A stretch of 64,000 nucleotides of DNA from Candidatus Omnitrophota bacterium (GTDB lineage Bacteria > Omnitrophota > Omnitrophia > Omnitrophales > Aquincolibacteriaceae), in the NCBI GenBank assembly GCA_016930235.1, contig JAFGHI010000021.1, positions 56,810-120,809 of the forward strand, in the 5' to 3' direction. Each line of letters starts with the position of its first letter. Within the stretch, counting starts at the first letter, position 1. Positions 48,157-60,000 of this stretch are shown piece by piece. A program made the position numbers and the translations under genes. Under the pieces are notes generated by a model. The model worked only from the letters and a program-made list of their open reading frames with translations, did no database searches and had not been told where the DNA came from.

Positions 48157-49136
48157 TCTATTGCCATTTCCTCGTGGATTCGCTTTAAGATGACTTTCTG
48201 AGCCTCTTCGATCGTTGCCCGGAAAGCACACCCGGAAGCCTTCCGATGGCCTCCTCCTCCAAACGCTGTTGCAATCTTATTCACATCACATTCCCCTTTT
48301 GAACGAAAAGAAACCTTCACGAAAGGAACCTCCTTTTGTTCCATTAGGGTAAAGGCGATTTTGACCTCTTTCAAATATCTCAAAAAATCCACAAACCCTT
48401 CAGTATCCTCATCACTCGCCTTTAACTCTTCCAAGTCACGTCTTTTGATCCAGCTCCACGCGATAGCACCTTTTGCATCTATTTGGACACGCGAAAGTAA
48501 CCGGCCAAAAAGGTTTATTTTTTTAAGTGAGTACGTTGAATATAGTTCTTCATTAAGCTTTTCAAGGGGAATACCAATGTTAATGAGTTCGGACGCCCGC
48601 CGATGTGTCTGGGCTGTCGTGTTCCCGTATTTAAATGACCCCGTATCCGTGGATATCGCAACGTAAAGATCCCGGGCCTCTTCCTTTGAGATGGAAATTT
48701 TAAGAGCATGAAAAAGCATCATGACCACTTCCCCTGTTGCAGAAGCTTGAGGCCGAACAAAATTATAATCACCGAAAAAATCATTGCTGATATGGTGATC
48801 AAAGTTGAATACAACAGTTTCAGGCCCTATAAATTGTTTCACAGACCCTATCCGGTCAAGATTGGGGCAATCAACAACAATCGCTGACTCAAAAAGAGTT
48901 GCCTTGGTTAAGTCTTTCGGAAGATTCCATTTCTTTGACGAAAGGCACGTCAATCTTTCCGGAAAAGGATCCTCGCATACAACCGTCGTGTTTTTACCGA
49001 GCCTCCTTAAGAGAGAATCGAGCGCCAGAAGACTTCCGATAGCATCTCCTTCCGGAGCAACATGGCAGGAAAGAAGATAACGGTCGTACTTCTTAAGGGC
49101 TGCACAAATCCTTCCAAGAGAGTGATTCTTCTTCAA
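48153..49136 (-). CDS. nrnA: DHH family phosphoesterase (NrnA-like)
   Basis: H..PEGDAIGS, DHH, TDTGSF, SFRS, GGGGHRKASG. Confidence 0.9.
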   Translation of the reverse strand: MKKNHSLGRICAALKKYDRYLLSCHVAPEGDAIGSLLALDSLLRRLGKNTTVVCEDPFPERLTCLSSKKWNLPKDLTKATLFESAIVVDCPNLDRIGSVKQFIGPETVVFNFDHHISNDFFGDYNFVRPQASATGEVVMMLFHALKISISKEEARDLYVAISTDTGSFKYGNTTAQTHRRASELINIGIPLEKLNEELYSTYSLKKINLFGRLLSRVQIDAKGAIAWSWIKRRDLEELKASDEDTEGFVDFLRYLKEVKIAFTLMEQKEVPFVKVSFRSKGECDVNKIATAFGGGGHRKASGCAFRATIEEAQKVILKRIHEEMAIE

Positions 49137-49169
49137 AACTGTTCCCCTTAAAATTAGAAATTTATCGAT

Positions 49170-49526
49170 CTAGGACATCTCTCCCTTATCTTTCAGGTCC
49201 TTCAAAACGCGATCGATTTCAAAACCTTTTTCAATAGACGGGTCATAGGAGAATGTGAGTTTTGGGGTATTTTTCATCTGAAGGGCTTTCCCGATTTCGC
49301 GCTGGAGAAAACCAGCCGCCCGCTCTAAAACCTGTTGGGTTTCTTTTCTTTCTTTCGCATCACCAAATCGTGAATAAAAAACCCTGGCGGATTTTAGATC
49401 CGGACTTACATTAACATGGGTAATCGTCACAAATCCTAGTCGGGGGTCTTTGATCTTGTGCAGAACAAGTTTCCCCAGTTCCATTTGGAGCAAATGCCCA
49501 ACACGATCCGTACGTTTTCCTTGCAT
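49170..49526 (-). CDS. rbfA: Ribosome-binding factor A
   Basis: IKDPRL, VSPDLKSA, TPKLTF. Confidence 0.95.
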   Translation of the reverse strand: MQGKRTDRVGHLLQMELGKLVLHKIKDPRLGFVTITHVNVSPDLKSARVFYSRFGDAKERKETQQVLERAAGFLQREIGKALQMKNTPKLTFSYDPSIEKGFEIDRVLKDLKDKGEMS

Positions 49527-49559
49527 GGGTTCGTCACCGCTTTTTCGAAGTAGGTCAAT

Positions 49560-51674
49560 TTAAAGTTTTGATGCCATTCTTTCAAGGCGGTAGGATTCAA
49601 TCACATCGTTCTCACGAAGATCATCAAAACCATCCATAGCAATGCCGCATTCATATCCTTGAGCAACATCCCTGACATCATCTTTGAACCGTTTCAAGCT
49701 TGAAAGCTTCCCGTCAAAAACAACAATATGGTCACGAATCACCCGGGCCTTGTTGTTACGTATGACTTTCCCCTTCACCACAATCCCCCCACCGATCGTC
49801 CCCACTTTAGAACTTTTGAAAATCTTACGAATCTGAGCTTTTCCTTCAATAACTTCCTGGTAGGTGGGCTCCAAGAGACCTTCCATAGCTTTGCGGACAT
49901 CTTCAACCACCTCGTAAATGATATTATAAAAGCGTAAATCGACCCCCTCTTTTTCAGCAATAGATTGCGCTTTAGGATCAGCTTTAACATGAAACCCAAG
50001 GACAATCGCATCCGAAGCGGTGGCCAGCATAACATCGGATTCATTAATGCCTCCCATCCCGCTGTGGATCACCCGCACCCGGCATTTATCCGTACTCAAC
50101 TTTTCAAGAGATTGGGTCAAGGCTTCCGCTGAACCTTGAACATCAGCTTTAATGATCATTTTCAATTCCTTGAAATTCCCCTCGGATATCCGTTCATAGA
50201 GATCTTCCAAAGAAAGATGCTTATGAGCTCCGCTCATTTCCCTCTCACGTTTTTCAAGTTCTCTTTGGCGTGTAATTTCGCGTGCTACCTTTTCGGAATT
50301 TACTTGAAACAATTCCTCGCCGGCCTCAGGCACACCGTTCAGTCCGCTGACTTCTACAGCATAAGAAGGAGCCGCTTCGCGCACCGATTTCCCTAAATCA
50401 TTCCGAAGGGCACGAATACGCCCCATATAAGACCCACAGACAATAATATCTCCAACATGCAATGTTCCGGTTTGAACCAACACAGTCGCTACCGGACCGC
50501 TCCCTTTCGATATATGGCTCTCGACAACCGTCCCTTTTGCTGACCGGTCCGGATTTGCTTTAAGTTCTAATATCTCTGATTCAAGGAGAAGCATCTCGAG
50601 CAACATCTCAATCCCTTTACCCGTTTTTGCAGAAACTTCGACGCAGATGGTCTTGCCCCCCCATACCTCCGGAACCAAATCAATTTTCTGGAGCTGCATC
50701 ATAACCTTTTGCACATTCGCTGCCGGAAGATCCACCTTGTTGATAGCAACAACCATGGGACAACCGGCCTCACGGGCATGACTGATAGCTTCAATCGTTT
50801 GTGGCATAATTCCATCATCAGCTGCCACCACCAAGACAACCACATCCGTCACATTAGCCCCTCGGGCCCGCATCGCCGTAAACGCTTCATGCCCCGGAGT
50901 ATCAACGAAAGTAACGTGCCCTTTCCCCGGAATGTCAACACCGTAAGCCCCAATATGCTGCGTAATCGCACCCTTTTCTCTAGCAGCAACATTGGTTTTC
51001 CGGATCGCATCTAAAAGAGATGTTTTCCCATGGTCCACATGGCCCATCATGGTAACAACGGGAGGACGGAGTTTTAATTTTTTAGGGTCTTCATCTTCAG
51101 GAAGCCCGGAAACAATCTTTTCAGCAACGCTTTCTGCCTTTTTCACAGATAGACCTAGCTGTTTAGCTACCTTAAAAACAATCTCTTCATTGAGGAGATG
51201 ATTGACATTCGCAAAAATTCCTATCCCCATTAACGATTTGATTAATTCCGGAATCTTGATCTTGAATAAATCGGCAAGATTCCCTACGGTTACCGGAATC
51301 GGAATCGGAATCACGTTTTTTTCTTCGTCTTGCTTTTTTTCTTCCTTCTGCAACCCCGCTTGAAGAGGTTCTTCGCCTTCCTCCGATTCCTTTTCCATTG
51401 CTTGTGGAGCTTCCTTCGGGGAAGCGGGGCGGGCGGGTTCAGCCTTAGCTTTCTCTTTTTTCAAAGGCGCTTTTTTTATTTTGCCTTTTTCTTGCTTCTC
51501 TTCTTTTTTGGCTTCGGGAATTATCTTTTTGGCTTCAGGTTTTGTCAGCCCATCGACCATGGCATCATCCACAAGCGACATATGGTTTTTAACATCACCG
51601 CCCATCTTTTTTATTTGGGCGATAAGTTCTTTGCTTGTTATCCCTAATTCTTTTGCCAGTTCGTGGACACGCAT
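49560..51674 (-). CDS. infB: Translation initiation factor IF-2
   Basis: [44 protein letters not shown]. Confidence 0.98.
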   Translation of the reverse strand: MRVHELAKELGITSKELIAQIKKMGGDVKNHMSLVDDAMVDGLTKPEAKKIIPEAKKEEKQEKGKIKKAPLKKEKAKAEPARPASPKEAPQAMEKESEEGEEPLQAGLQKEEKKQDEEKNVIPIPIPVTVGNLADLFKIKIPELIKSLMGIGIFANVNHLLNEEIVFKVAKQLGLSVKKAESVAEKIVSGLPEDEDPKKLKLRPPVVTMMGHVDHGKTSLLDAIRKTNVAAREKGAITQHIGAYGVDIPGKGHVTFVDTPGHEAFTAMRARGANVTDVVVLVVAADDGIMPQTIEAISHAREAGCPMVVAINKVDLPAANVQKVMMQLQKIDLVPEVWGGKTICVEVSAKTGKGIEMLLEMLLLESEILELKANPDRSAKGTVVESHISKGSGPVATVLVQTGTLHVGDIIVCGSYMGRIRALRNDLGKSVREAAPSYAVEVSGLNGVPEAGEELFQVNSEKVAREITRQRELEKREREMSGAHKHLSLEDLYERISEGNFKELKMIIKADVQGSAEALTQSLEKLSTDKCRVRVIHSGMGGINESDVMLATASDAIVLGFHVKADPKAQSIAEKEGVDLRFYNIIYEVVEDVRKAMEGLLEPTYQEVIEGKAQIRKIFKSSKVGTIGGGIVVKGKVIRNNKARVIRDHIVVFDGKLSSLKRFKDDVRDVAQGYECGIAMDGFDDLRENDVIESYRLERMASKL

Positions 51675-51683
51675 AGGAATACT

Positions 51684-52832
51684 TTACTCTTTCTTACCTG
51701 TATCTTTTTCATCTTTTTGAAGAATAGCTTTATGAGCGGCCGCAATGATTTTTTCTGCTGATTTTTCGCCAATCCCCGGGATTTTCGTCAAATCCTCGAC
51801 GGAAGCCTTAAGAAGATCTTTCAAACTCTGGATCCCATGTTCGCGTAAAAGGTCCGCCGTTTTTCCTCCGACACCTTCCAAAGCATCGAGCGGCACTCTC
51901 TGGCTCATACTTCTTACATCTAACCGCCAACCGATTAATTTGGAAGCCAACCGGACATTTTGCCCTTTTTTCCCGATAGCCAAAGACAATTGATCATCCT
52001 GGACAAGGATGTTGGCAGACTCCTCTTCCTTACGGAGATGGATTTCTGCAAGTTCAGCCGGAGCCATTGCATTACGGATATAAGTTTCCAAATCGCTGCT
52101 GAAACGGATAATATCGATCTTTTCTCCACCTAGCTCGCGAACAATGTTTTTTACCCTTTGTCCACGTATACCGACACAAGAGCCGACACAATCAATTTTG
52201 TCATCATTGGAAGTCACGGCTATCTTGGAACGGGCCCCCGCTTCCCTGACAACTCCCCGAATTTGTACAATACCCTCGCGGATTTCAGGAACTTCCCCTT
52301 CAAATAAAACGCTCACCAATCCTGCATGAGCCCGGGACAAAATAATTTCCGGTCCTTTTGGGGTTTTTTTCACTTCCAAGACATAAGCCCGGATCAAATC
52401 GCCCTGTCGGTAATGGTCTTGAGGGGACTGCTCTCTGGCCGGAAGGATGCCCTCGGTCTTTCCTAAATCAACGATGATGGCTTTCTTTTCGATACGGTGA
52501 ACGGTCCCGGTCACAATATCGTGCAACCGCTTCGTGTATTCGTCAAAAATGGACTCGCGCTCCGCTTCTCTAATCTTCTGGATGATCACCTGTTTAGCCG
52601 TCTGTGCGGCAATTCGCCCGAAATCAACATCATCCACTTCTTCCCCATTCTTTAATAAGCGGATATCACAAGTAATAGGGTCCACTTTAATCTCAATGTC
52701 TTCCCCTTGGGAACCGTAGGTCTTTCGGCAGGCTGAGATCAAAGCTTGCCTGAGGGCTTCCAAAAGAACTTCTTTGGTGATACCCTTTTCTTTCTCGATA
52801 TACTCCAGTGAAGACTTCAGCTCTTGATTCAT
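51684..52832 (-). CDS. nusA: Transcription termination factor NusA
   Basis: FGRIAAQTAKQVI, REAGARSKIAV, LSLAIGKKGQNVRLA; C-terminal HhH. Confidence 0.97.
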   Translation of the reverse strand: MNQELKSSLEYIEKEKGITKEVLLEALRQALISACRKTYGSQGEDIEIKVDPITCDIRLLKNGEEVDDVDFGRIAAQTAKQVIIQKIREAERESIFDEYTKRLHDIVTGTVHRIEKKAIIVDLGKTEGILPAREQSPQDHYRQGDLIRAYVLEVKKTPKGPEIILSRAHAGLVSVLFEGEVPEIREGIVQIRGVVREAGARSKIAVTSNDDKIDCVGSCVGIRGQRVKNIVRELGGEKIDIIRFSSDLETYIRNAMAPAELAEIHLRKEEESANILVQDDQLSLAIGKKGQNVRLASKLIGWRLDVRSMSQRVPLDALEGVGGKTADLLREHGIQSLKDLLKASVEDLTKIPGIGEKSAEKIIAAAHKAILQKDEKDTGKKE

Positions 52833-52864
52833 TGGTAACTTCCCCTCAAACTCTTCTGAAAATA

Positions 52865-52889
52865 AAAAAGTGGGCTAACTGCCCACTTC
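52865..52889 (-). promoter_or_regulatory. Leader hairpin/attenuator upstream of nusA
   Basis: Minus strand AAGTGGGC-AGTTA-GCCCACTT-TTTT between the promoter and nusA. Confidence 0.6.
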
Positions 52890-52926
52890 TTCTCAACCTC
52901 CAGATTTTCCGATTTCGTAGCACGTT

Positions 52927-52954
52927 ATTATACGTAAACCCCTGATTCTGTCAA
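52927..52954 (-). promoter_or_regulatory. Sigma70 promoter of the nusA-infB operon
   Basis: Consensus TTGACA-N16-TATAAT on minus strand. Confidence 0.75.
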
Positions 52955-52981
52955 GGGTTCCGACAAATCCTAGGGGCAAAT

Positions 52982-53018
52982 AAAAACCCCCAAAGCCCTA
53001 CCTTCGAGCTCTGGGGGT
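52982..53018 (-). terminator. Intrinsic terminator after the 53053-53667 gene
   Basis: Minus strand ACCCCCAGAGC...GCTTTGGGGGTTTTT. Confidence 0.7.
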
Positions 53019-53052
53019 ATTCTGTAATTCTATTAATATGAATAGGTTATGG

Positions 53053-53667
53053 CTATTTACCTGTCTCGTTTAAATCCTTTTCAAGGAACTCCCTAAGGTC
53101 TCCTAATATCCTCGCAACATCGCCCCCGGGGTTCTGAGCGAGAATCTGCCCGATTTTCTCTTTGGCGGCCTGAATTTTCTCTGTATCGTGCTTGATTCTC
53201 CGGATAATCTTATTCACTTCAACCGCTGTTTCATGAAAAAAATCACCTTCCCGGAGACGCACGGGAACCGGAATCTCCTTGCTTGCACCACGGTTCATCC
53301 GGATGAAGATCTGCCTAAAACGGTAAACCGGTCCGGCAACGCGATGCAGGAAGAAAATCCCAAATGTTCCAAGGACCATCAAAGAGGCAAATAAAATCAG
53401 GGAAATCCTCAAAATCAGCTGATATTGCACTTCCCCTAATACCTCGATGGGGTTGATCTTGCCAAACCGGAAACCTCCTCCAAAAGCGGCCTCCCGTATT
53501 GTTTCATGAACGACAAAACCAATCGCAAGCCCCGATACAATTAGGAGCCCAAGCACAACCATGGTAAATTCACGTTGCATCGGCCTGTGAATAAGAACGT
53601 TACGGACACGCCTTTTATAAGGTCGGGTCCCCTCCTGCGCTTGATTTTCGATATTTTCCTGATTCAT
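53053..53667 (-). CDS. Two-TM membrane protein with HAMP-like segment
   Basis: KRR...Q motif, two TMs, HRVAGPVYRF, RLREGD, C-terminal coiled coil. Confidence 0.7.
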   Translation of the reverse strand: MNQENIENQAQEGTRPYKRRVRNVLIHRPMQREFTMVVLGLLIVSGLAIGFVVHETIREAAFGGGFRFGKINPIEVLGEVQYQLILRISLILFASLMVLGTFGIFFLHRVAGPVYRFRQIFIRMNRGASKEIPVPVRLREGDFFHETAVEVNKIIRRIKHDTEKIQAAKEKIGQILAQNPGGDVARILGDLREFLEKDLNETGK

Positions 53668-53697
53668 AACGATGTCTCCTGTGATTAGAAACTTGTT

Positions 53698-56600
53698 TTA
53701 TGTTGATAAATTTTTTCTGTCAACTCCAATCGATTCACGAACTCTTAAGACCCATCCCCGATTTTTCGCAAAGTCTTTGGCTCTCCCTGTCAATTCTTCA
53801 GAAATTAAAATAAAATGAGGGAGAATGAAAAGCGTTAAAAACGTAGAACTTAAAAGTCCGCCGATCACAGTGATCGCAAGCGGTGACCATAAATCGCTGG
53901 ATTGTCCCCATTTTAAGGCCATCGGCAAAAAACCAAAAACCGTCGAAAATGTCGTCATCAAAATCGGTCGCAACCGGTCACATCCCGCATGGACTAGAAT
54001 TTCCCGTTCTGTCGCGCCCTCCGTTTTTAAATGATTCATACGGTCTACCAAAATAATAGCAGCGTTAACAACATACCCCGCAAGCAAAATCATGCCGATA
54101 AAAACCTGCTGGCTCAAGGGGGTTTTAGTAATGACCAAGGCAACCCAAATCCCGACGCCGGCCATCGGGACCGAAATCATCACAAGCAAAGGCTGAATAT
54201 AACTTTGGAAAAGACAGGCCAGTACCATATAAACGAGGAAAATCGTAAGAATAAGTGCCAGAGTAAGTTCTGACTTCCCCTTCATCAACTCTTCGTAAGC
54301 CCCTCCAAAACGCCAATAATAATCATCCGGCATTTCTACTCCGGTAAGAGATTCTTTGACTTCGCGAGCTATCGCTTCAAGCGGCCTCTTTGTATCCCCC
54401 TTCACAAAGACGTAACGATATTTATCTTTCCGATCGATTGTTTGCGGTCCTACAGACGGATAAAAATTGGCAATCTCCCCTAATGGGATTTGAGTCCCCG
54501 ATTTAGTGGCAATGTGAATAAGCTTCAAATCCTCGATCTTTTGCCGGTAAATCGCCTGAAGACGGGTAATCGTCTCAATTTCCTCTCCCTTTGATAATTC
54601 ATGAAACTTTGTCGGGCGCATTCCTCTCACTTGAGCATGCATCGAATCGGCAACGTCACTAACCGTCAAGCCATAGAGAGCTGCACGCCCTTTATCGACA
54701 ACCAAAGAATATTCAGGCCTTTTCCTGAGGTCTGTCATCACTAAATTGATCAAACCCGGAACCTTGGACATACGATTAGCAAACTCAAGCGCAAGCTTTT
54801 CCAACACATCATTTTCATGACCGAAAATATTAACAATCAATTTCTTTTGTTCGCTTGAACTTGCCCCTTCATCAACAATTAAACTGTAATCATCGTGTAT
54901 TTCTTTGATGGCTTCATTGCCTTTCTCATCCACAATCTGCATAATTTCATCTTTGGAGAATTGACGTTCTTTGCTCGGTTTTAAACGGACGAAAATCTTG
55001 ACATCATCTTTCCGCACCGTTGAAGAAAACATCTCAACGTCCGAAATTTTTGAAAGAATATTTTCCAATCTTTTCACAGCGTCATCATTCGTATCCAGCT
55101 TTGCACCTGCCAACGGGAACACAACTATCGCAAATTCATTTTCTTGAAGGGTCGTCGGCCAATCCATATCCCTTTTCTTTAACATTCCTATGGAACCTAA
55201 GGTAATCATCGCAATTAAACCCATGGCGATCGAACGTTGAAGTAAACTCCGGCTCAAGGTCCATGCAATAACATAACGGTAGACACCAGGAACTAAGAGA
55301 AAACCAAAAACGGAAAAAACGATCCCAAAAGCAATGAAAGTCAAAATAGAGCCCCAGAAAACACCTTTCATCAACACCCCTTGCCAGAAAGAGATAAGGA
55401 GAATAAAAATAAATGCGCCGGCCGCGATCCGAAAAAGTCTTCGGTGCTTGCCCGGAAAATAATCCCTTAACCAAATCAATCTGCTCCGCCACCAATCGCC
55501 CAAGGAAGTCGGTTTGATTTCGATCTTGCCTTGAGCCCAACTGGTTAAAAGCATAGGCACGAGCATCTGAGCAACAAAAAATGATGCGATCAGAGAAGCG
55601 CAAACAGTAAACGCAAAACCCGCATAAACAATTTGGATTTTCTTGTCGATGAAAACAACGGGCAAGAAAACAATCAGCGTCGTAATGAGCGAGGCCAATA
55701 AAGGCAACCATACTTCTTCAGCCCCCTGACGGATTGCAATGATATCATTAGCTCCATGCTCCTTTTTGGTAAAAACATTTTCCAATATCACAACAGTACT
55801 GTCGACAAGGATTCCCACTGCTAATGCCAATCCGCTCAAAGTCATCACGTTAATGCTGATCCCCATAAACTTCATAAAGAAAAAGGTGCAAACAACAGAT
55901 GCGGGGATAGAAATCAAAACAATAAGAGCAAGAACCATTTGCCTCAAAAATAAATAAATAATCGCAATGGCAAGAAACATCCCAATAAAAAGTGCCGTTC
56001 GAACATCATGGATAGCGCGGGAAATCATCTCCGCCTTGTCTGAAACAACAATAATGTCCAGGGCATCCTTGTATTCTTTCTCAAAATCATCTAAGACCTG
56101 GCGGGTCATCTTAATCACCGGAATGGTATTCGATAAACTTGTCTTCTTAATGTAGACCGTAACATTTTGCTCGAGATTCAAACGGGCATAATCGGCAGGT
56201 TCGAGATATGAATCCTTGATCACCGCTATTTCTTTTAGCGGGATAATAGACCCCTGTCTCGTTGCATGAACACCTAGCTCCCCAACCTCTTCAACACTTT
56301 CAAAAGCACCCATGCTACGGACAGCAATCTCGAACTTCCCCCGGTCGAAACTCCCCGCCAGAAGATTGATATTGCTTTGCCCAAGGATATCCATCACCTT
56401 CCCAATGGGAATGTTATAAGCCACCATCTTGTCCCGATCTAATTCAACCAGGATTTTCCTCTCCCGGCCGCCGTAAACTTCAACGCTCGCAACCCCATCC
56501 ACTCGTGCAAGAACCGGTTTTAATTCTGTCTCTACTAAATCCCGAACCTCTTCAGGAGACAAACTCTCCGAGGTCAACGCAAAAACAAAAACAGCGGCTT

Positions 56601-57006
56601 GCGCATCGTCATAATTAGCTATCACCGGTTTTTCGATTTCTCGCGGCAAGAGTGGCCGCACACGAGCAAACTTTTCACGAACTTCAAGAGCTGCAAATTT
56701 CATGTTGGTTCCCGGCTCAAATTCCATAGTGACTCGGGATTCTGCTTCGCGGGAATTGGAGTAAAGGTTCTTAAGATGTGAGACTGTCGCTGTGACTTCT
56801 TCGACCAAGCGGGTAATTCTTTTTTCAACCTCTAACGGGGGAAGACCTCCTCGAGCACGGATAATGATGCTGATAATCCCGGTATTCTGCCCTTGGTAAA
56901 GCTCAACAGGAAGGCGTGAAAGGGATATAAGCCCCATGATAATAAGGCCCAGAAAAACCATCGCGGTTAAAACAGGCCTTCGAATGGAAAAAGATGGCAA
57001 TCCCAT
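53698..57006 (-). CDS. RND transporter permease subunit 2
   Basis: SIRRPV, LPVELY, GILVDSTVVILEN, RLRPILMTT, TVIGGLLSST; start at MGLPS. Confidence 0.9.
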   Translation of the reverse strand: MGLPSFSIRRPVLTAMVFLGLIIMGLISLSRLPVELYQGQNTGIISIIIRARGGLPPLEVEKRITRLVEEVTATVSHLKNLYSNSREAESRVTMEFEPGTNMKFAALEVREKFARVRPLLPREIEKPVIANYDDAQAAVFVFALTSESLSPEEVRDLVETELKPVLARVDGVASVEVYGGRERKILVELDRDKMVAYNIPIGKVMDILGQSNINLLAGSFDRGKFEIAVRSMGAFESVEEVGELGVHATRQGSIIPLKEIAVIKDSYLEPADYARLNLEQNVTVYIKKTSLSNTIPVIKMTRQVLDDFEKEYKDALDIIVVSDKAEMISRAIHDVRTALFIGMFLAIAIIYLFLRQMVLALIVLISIPASVVCTFFFMKFMGISINVMTLSGLALAVGILVDSTVVILENVFTKKEHGANDIIAIRQGAEEVWLPLLASLITTLIVFLPVVFIDKKIQIVYAGFAFTVCASLIASFFVAQMLVPMLLTSWAQGKIEIKPTSLGDWWRSRLIWLRDYFPGKHRRLFRIAAGAFIFILLISFWQGVLMKGVFWGSILTFIAFGIVFSVFGFLLVPGVYRYVIAWTLSRSLLQRSIAMGLIAMITLGSIGMLKKRDMDWPTTLQENEFAIVVFPLAGAKLDTNDDAVKRLENILSKISDVEMFSSTVRKDDVKIFVRLKPSKERQFSKDEIMQIVDEKGNEAIKEIHDDYSLIVDEGASSSEQKKLIVNIFGHENDVLEKLALEFANRMSKVPGLINLVMTDLRKRPEYSLVVDKGRAALYGLTVSDVADSMHAQVRGMRPTKFHELSKGEEIETITRLQAIYRQKIEDLKLIHIATKSGTQIPLGEIANFYPSVGPQTIDRKDKYRYVFVKGDTKRPLEAIAREVKESLTGVEMPDDYYWRFGGAYEELMKGKSELTLALILTIFLVYMVLACLFQSYIQPLLVMISVPMAGVGIWVALVITKTPLSQQVFIGMILLAGYVVNAAIILVDRMNHLKTEGATEREILVHAGCDRLRPILMTTFSTVFGFLPMALKWGQSSDLWSPLAITVIGGLLSSTFLTLFILPHFILISEELTGRAKDFAKNRGWVLRVRESIGVDRKNLST

Positions 57007-57007
57007 C

Positions 57008-60000
57008 TTATACCATCTCTTCCTCGTCGTCACTCCCCAGAATGCGTTCGGTTAAACGGACGACAAAAATATAAAGACAGGGAACAACGATCAGTGTAAG
57101 AAACGTGGCGGATAATAATCCCCCCATCACCGTAATGGCAAGAGGCCTTCTTAACTCCGCGCCTTCTCCGAATCCCATAGCAAGAGGAATCAACGCTACA
57201 ACAGTCGTCAGGGCGCTCATCAGGATAGGACGAGTTCTGATTTTTGCAGCCTGAACCGTTGCCTCAGCAAGCTCCATCCCCTCTTCACGCAATTGATTGA
57301 TATATTCAATCAAGACAATCCCGTTATTGACGACAACACCCCCTAAGACAATAATTCCTATAAAAGAGATAATATTGAGTGAAGTCCCTGTCAGCCATAA
57401 TGCTATCGCCACACCAAAAAATGCCAGCGGTACCGTAATCATAATAATCAGCGGTTGAACAAATGACTCAAAGAGGGATGCCATAATCATATAAACAAGC
57501 ATGATGGAAAGGGCAAAAGCAAACGTCACCATAGCAAAACTTTCTTTGATCTCGCGCGCTTTTCCGGAGAGAACAACTTGAAAATCCTGAGGAACATCAA
57601 TGGTCTTTAGAATATCCTGGACATTCGCTAAAACATCCTTCGTTTTCTTACTTTTAAGGATATCGGCTTCGACAATAACCGTCCTTTCCTGATCCATGCG
57701 GCGGATCTCACTGGGGCCCAAACCTCTTTGAACCTGAGCCACTTCTTTGATGGGGATAAAAGCATCCAAAACCTGAGAATAAAGAAGAAGATCATTGATA
57801 TTATCAAGATTTTCGCGATCTTTTTCGCTTAAGCGTACCCGAACATCAATTTCCTTACCGCCTTCCCGGTATTCGGTAGCTACAACCCCATCAATGGCAG
57901 CCTTGGCTGTGAGGGAAATGTCTAAAGCGGATATCCCATAGAGGGCCGCTCGCCGCTTATCAATTTCGAGCTTTGTCTCAGGAGAAGGCTCCCCGATATT
58001 GTCCTGAATATTCATAACCCCTGAAATCGATGCCAGTTTTTTTTCTATGCGATCAACCAAATCACTCATAGTATCAAAATCATACCCTTTCACCTCAACT
58101 ACAATCGGCTTTGTCGCACCAGCTTTTGCAAACTCCTGAAACTCACTTTCCTGAACAATGAAATCAACCGTCGCTTTTTCAAGATCCAAATCCTTGACGT
58201 GCCCCCAGATACTTTGGACAATTTCAGAGGATGATTTTTTTCTATCTTTTTTTAGACTCACAAGAATTAAGGCCTGCGAGGGTCTCAATGTTTCAATCTT
58301 GACCTCTCCCCGGCTTGTTTTCTCAGACCCGATCGTTGTAGCGACATCTTGAACATCTTTAAGAGTATGAAGATAATCTTCGATCTTCTTACAAATTCCA
58401 TTCGTAATTTCCAGCCGTGTCCCAATCGGCATATCAACCTTAACCAAAAATTGCCCCTGGTCAACCTTGGGAAGAACTTCCCGGTCTAACGTGGGATAGA
58501 TGACGAAGATGATGGCACAAAGGCCAATCACAGCAAGAAAAACCATCCAAATAAACCTGTTCTGTTTCGCGCGAGACGCTCCCTGGAGAAAATTCCTCTC
58601 TAAAATCCCGGCCCAAGGAATCGGCCGATAATGCTTTGCCTGCATCTTCAAATAGGTTGAAAGCATTACGACAAGAGTAAGAGGAATAATGATGGCAATC
58701 ACAAGAGCAAAAATCACAGTCAAGGAAAGATCTTTCGTAATCTGTCCCAAAATACCTGGAACGAAAAGGATCAAAGGGAAAAAGACGGCAATGGTTGTAA
58801 GGTTTGAAGCAATAACCGCCCACATCACTTCTTGGGCACCGTAAATGGCCCCTTGTTCAACCCCATCCCCTAATTGATGCCGCCGGTAAATATTCTCTAA
58901 AACAACGATGCTCGTATCCACAATCATCCCAACGGCTAACGCCAGTCCTCCTAATGACATAATGTTAAGCGTAATTCCGCTAACCCCCATCATGAAGAAA
59001 ACACCCATGATCGTGATGGGGATGGACACCGTGACAAGAAGAGAAGCATACGTTGACCGCAAAAAGAGAAAAAGGATGATAAACGCAAGAAAACCTCCGG
59101 CCAAAGCTTCATTGAAAAGGTTTCTTAATGACTGGCGAATAAACGTAGAATGATCATAAATAATATCGTACCGCAGGCCTCGCGATTCTACGTCCTCTTT
59201 CAGAAATTCAAGCTCTTTCTTGAGCCGGTCAACCACTTCAATGGTATTGGCGCCAGCTTGTTTCTGGATTGAGATCGAAAGATTCTCTTTCCCATTAAAT
59301 CTTGAAATGCTCGTCTTTTCAGCAAATCCGTCAATAATATTGGCAATATCTCGCGTCAGGACCAAACGCTTCTCCAAAAGCTGCTCGGCCAAATCTGCCC
59401 GTTCCCCATCAATGGTTGCCCGGGGGCCCCGCTGTCCACCTTTTTCGACGAAACTAGTATCTTGGCGTCTTAATTCTTCCACCACATCCGCTCCGACCAC
59501 TGCATAGCCTATCTCTTTGACGGATCGGAATTCTCCCACCGTACGGATAAGGTACTCATACAACCCTTTTTTGATGCTCCCGGCCGGATAAGAAATATTC
59601 GATTCATCAATAGAGTCGATAACATCAAGAAGGGAGAGGTGATTCGCCATCAAACGCCCCTGATCGATTTCGACTAAGATTTCTCGATCGACACCGCCCG
59701 AGATAGTTGCAGAGGCTACCCCTTCGACTTTCTCAAGGTTATCTTTCAGCATTTTTTCAGAAAGCAACTTCAAACGGATGGGCTCAAGATCTTTCCCTGT
59801 CACGGAAAGAATCATAATAGGGCGGGCCAAAGGATCAAATTTCAAGATCACAGGGTCTTCGGCTTCCTTGGGGAGTCTCTCTTTAATCAGGTCGATCTTT
59901 TCTCTTACGGCAAGCGCGGCAAAATCAATGTCCTGGCCCCAATTAAACGAAACAACAATTGTGCTCCGCCCTTCCCGAGAAACAGATTCGATCCTTTTTA

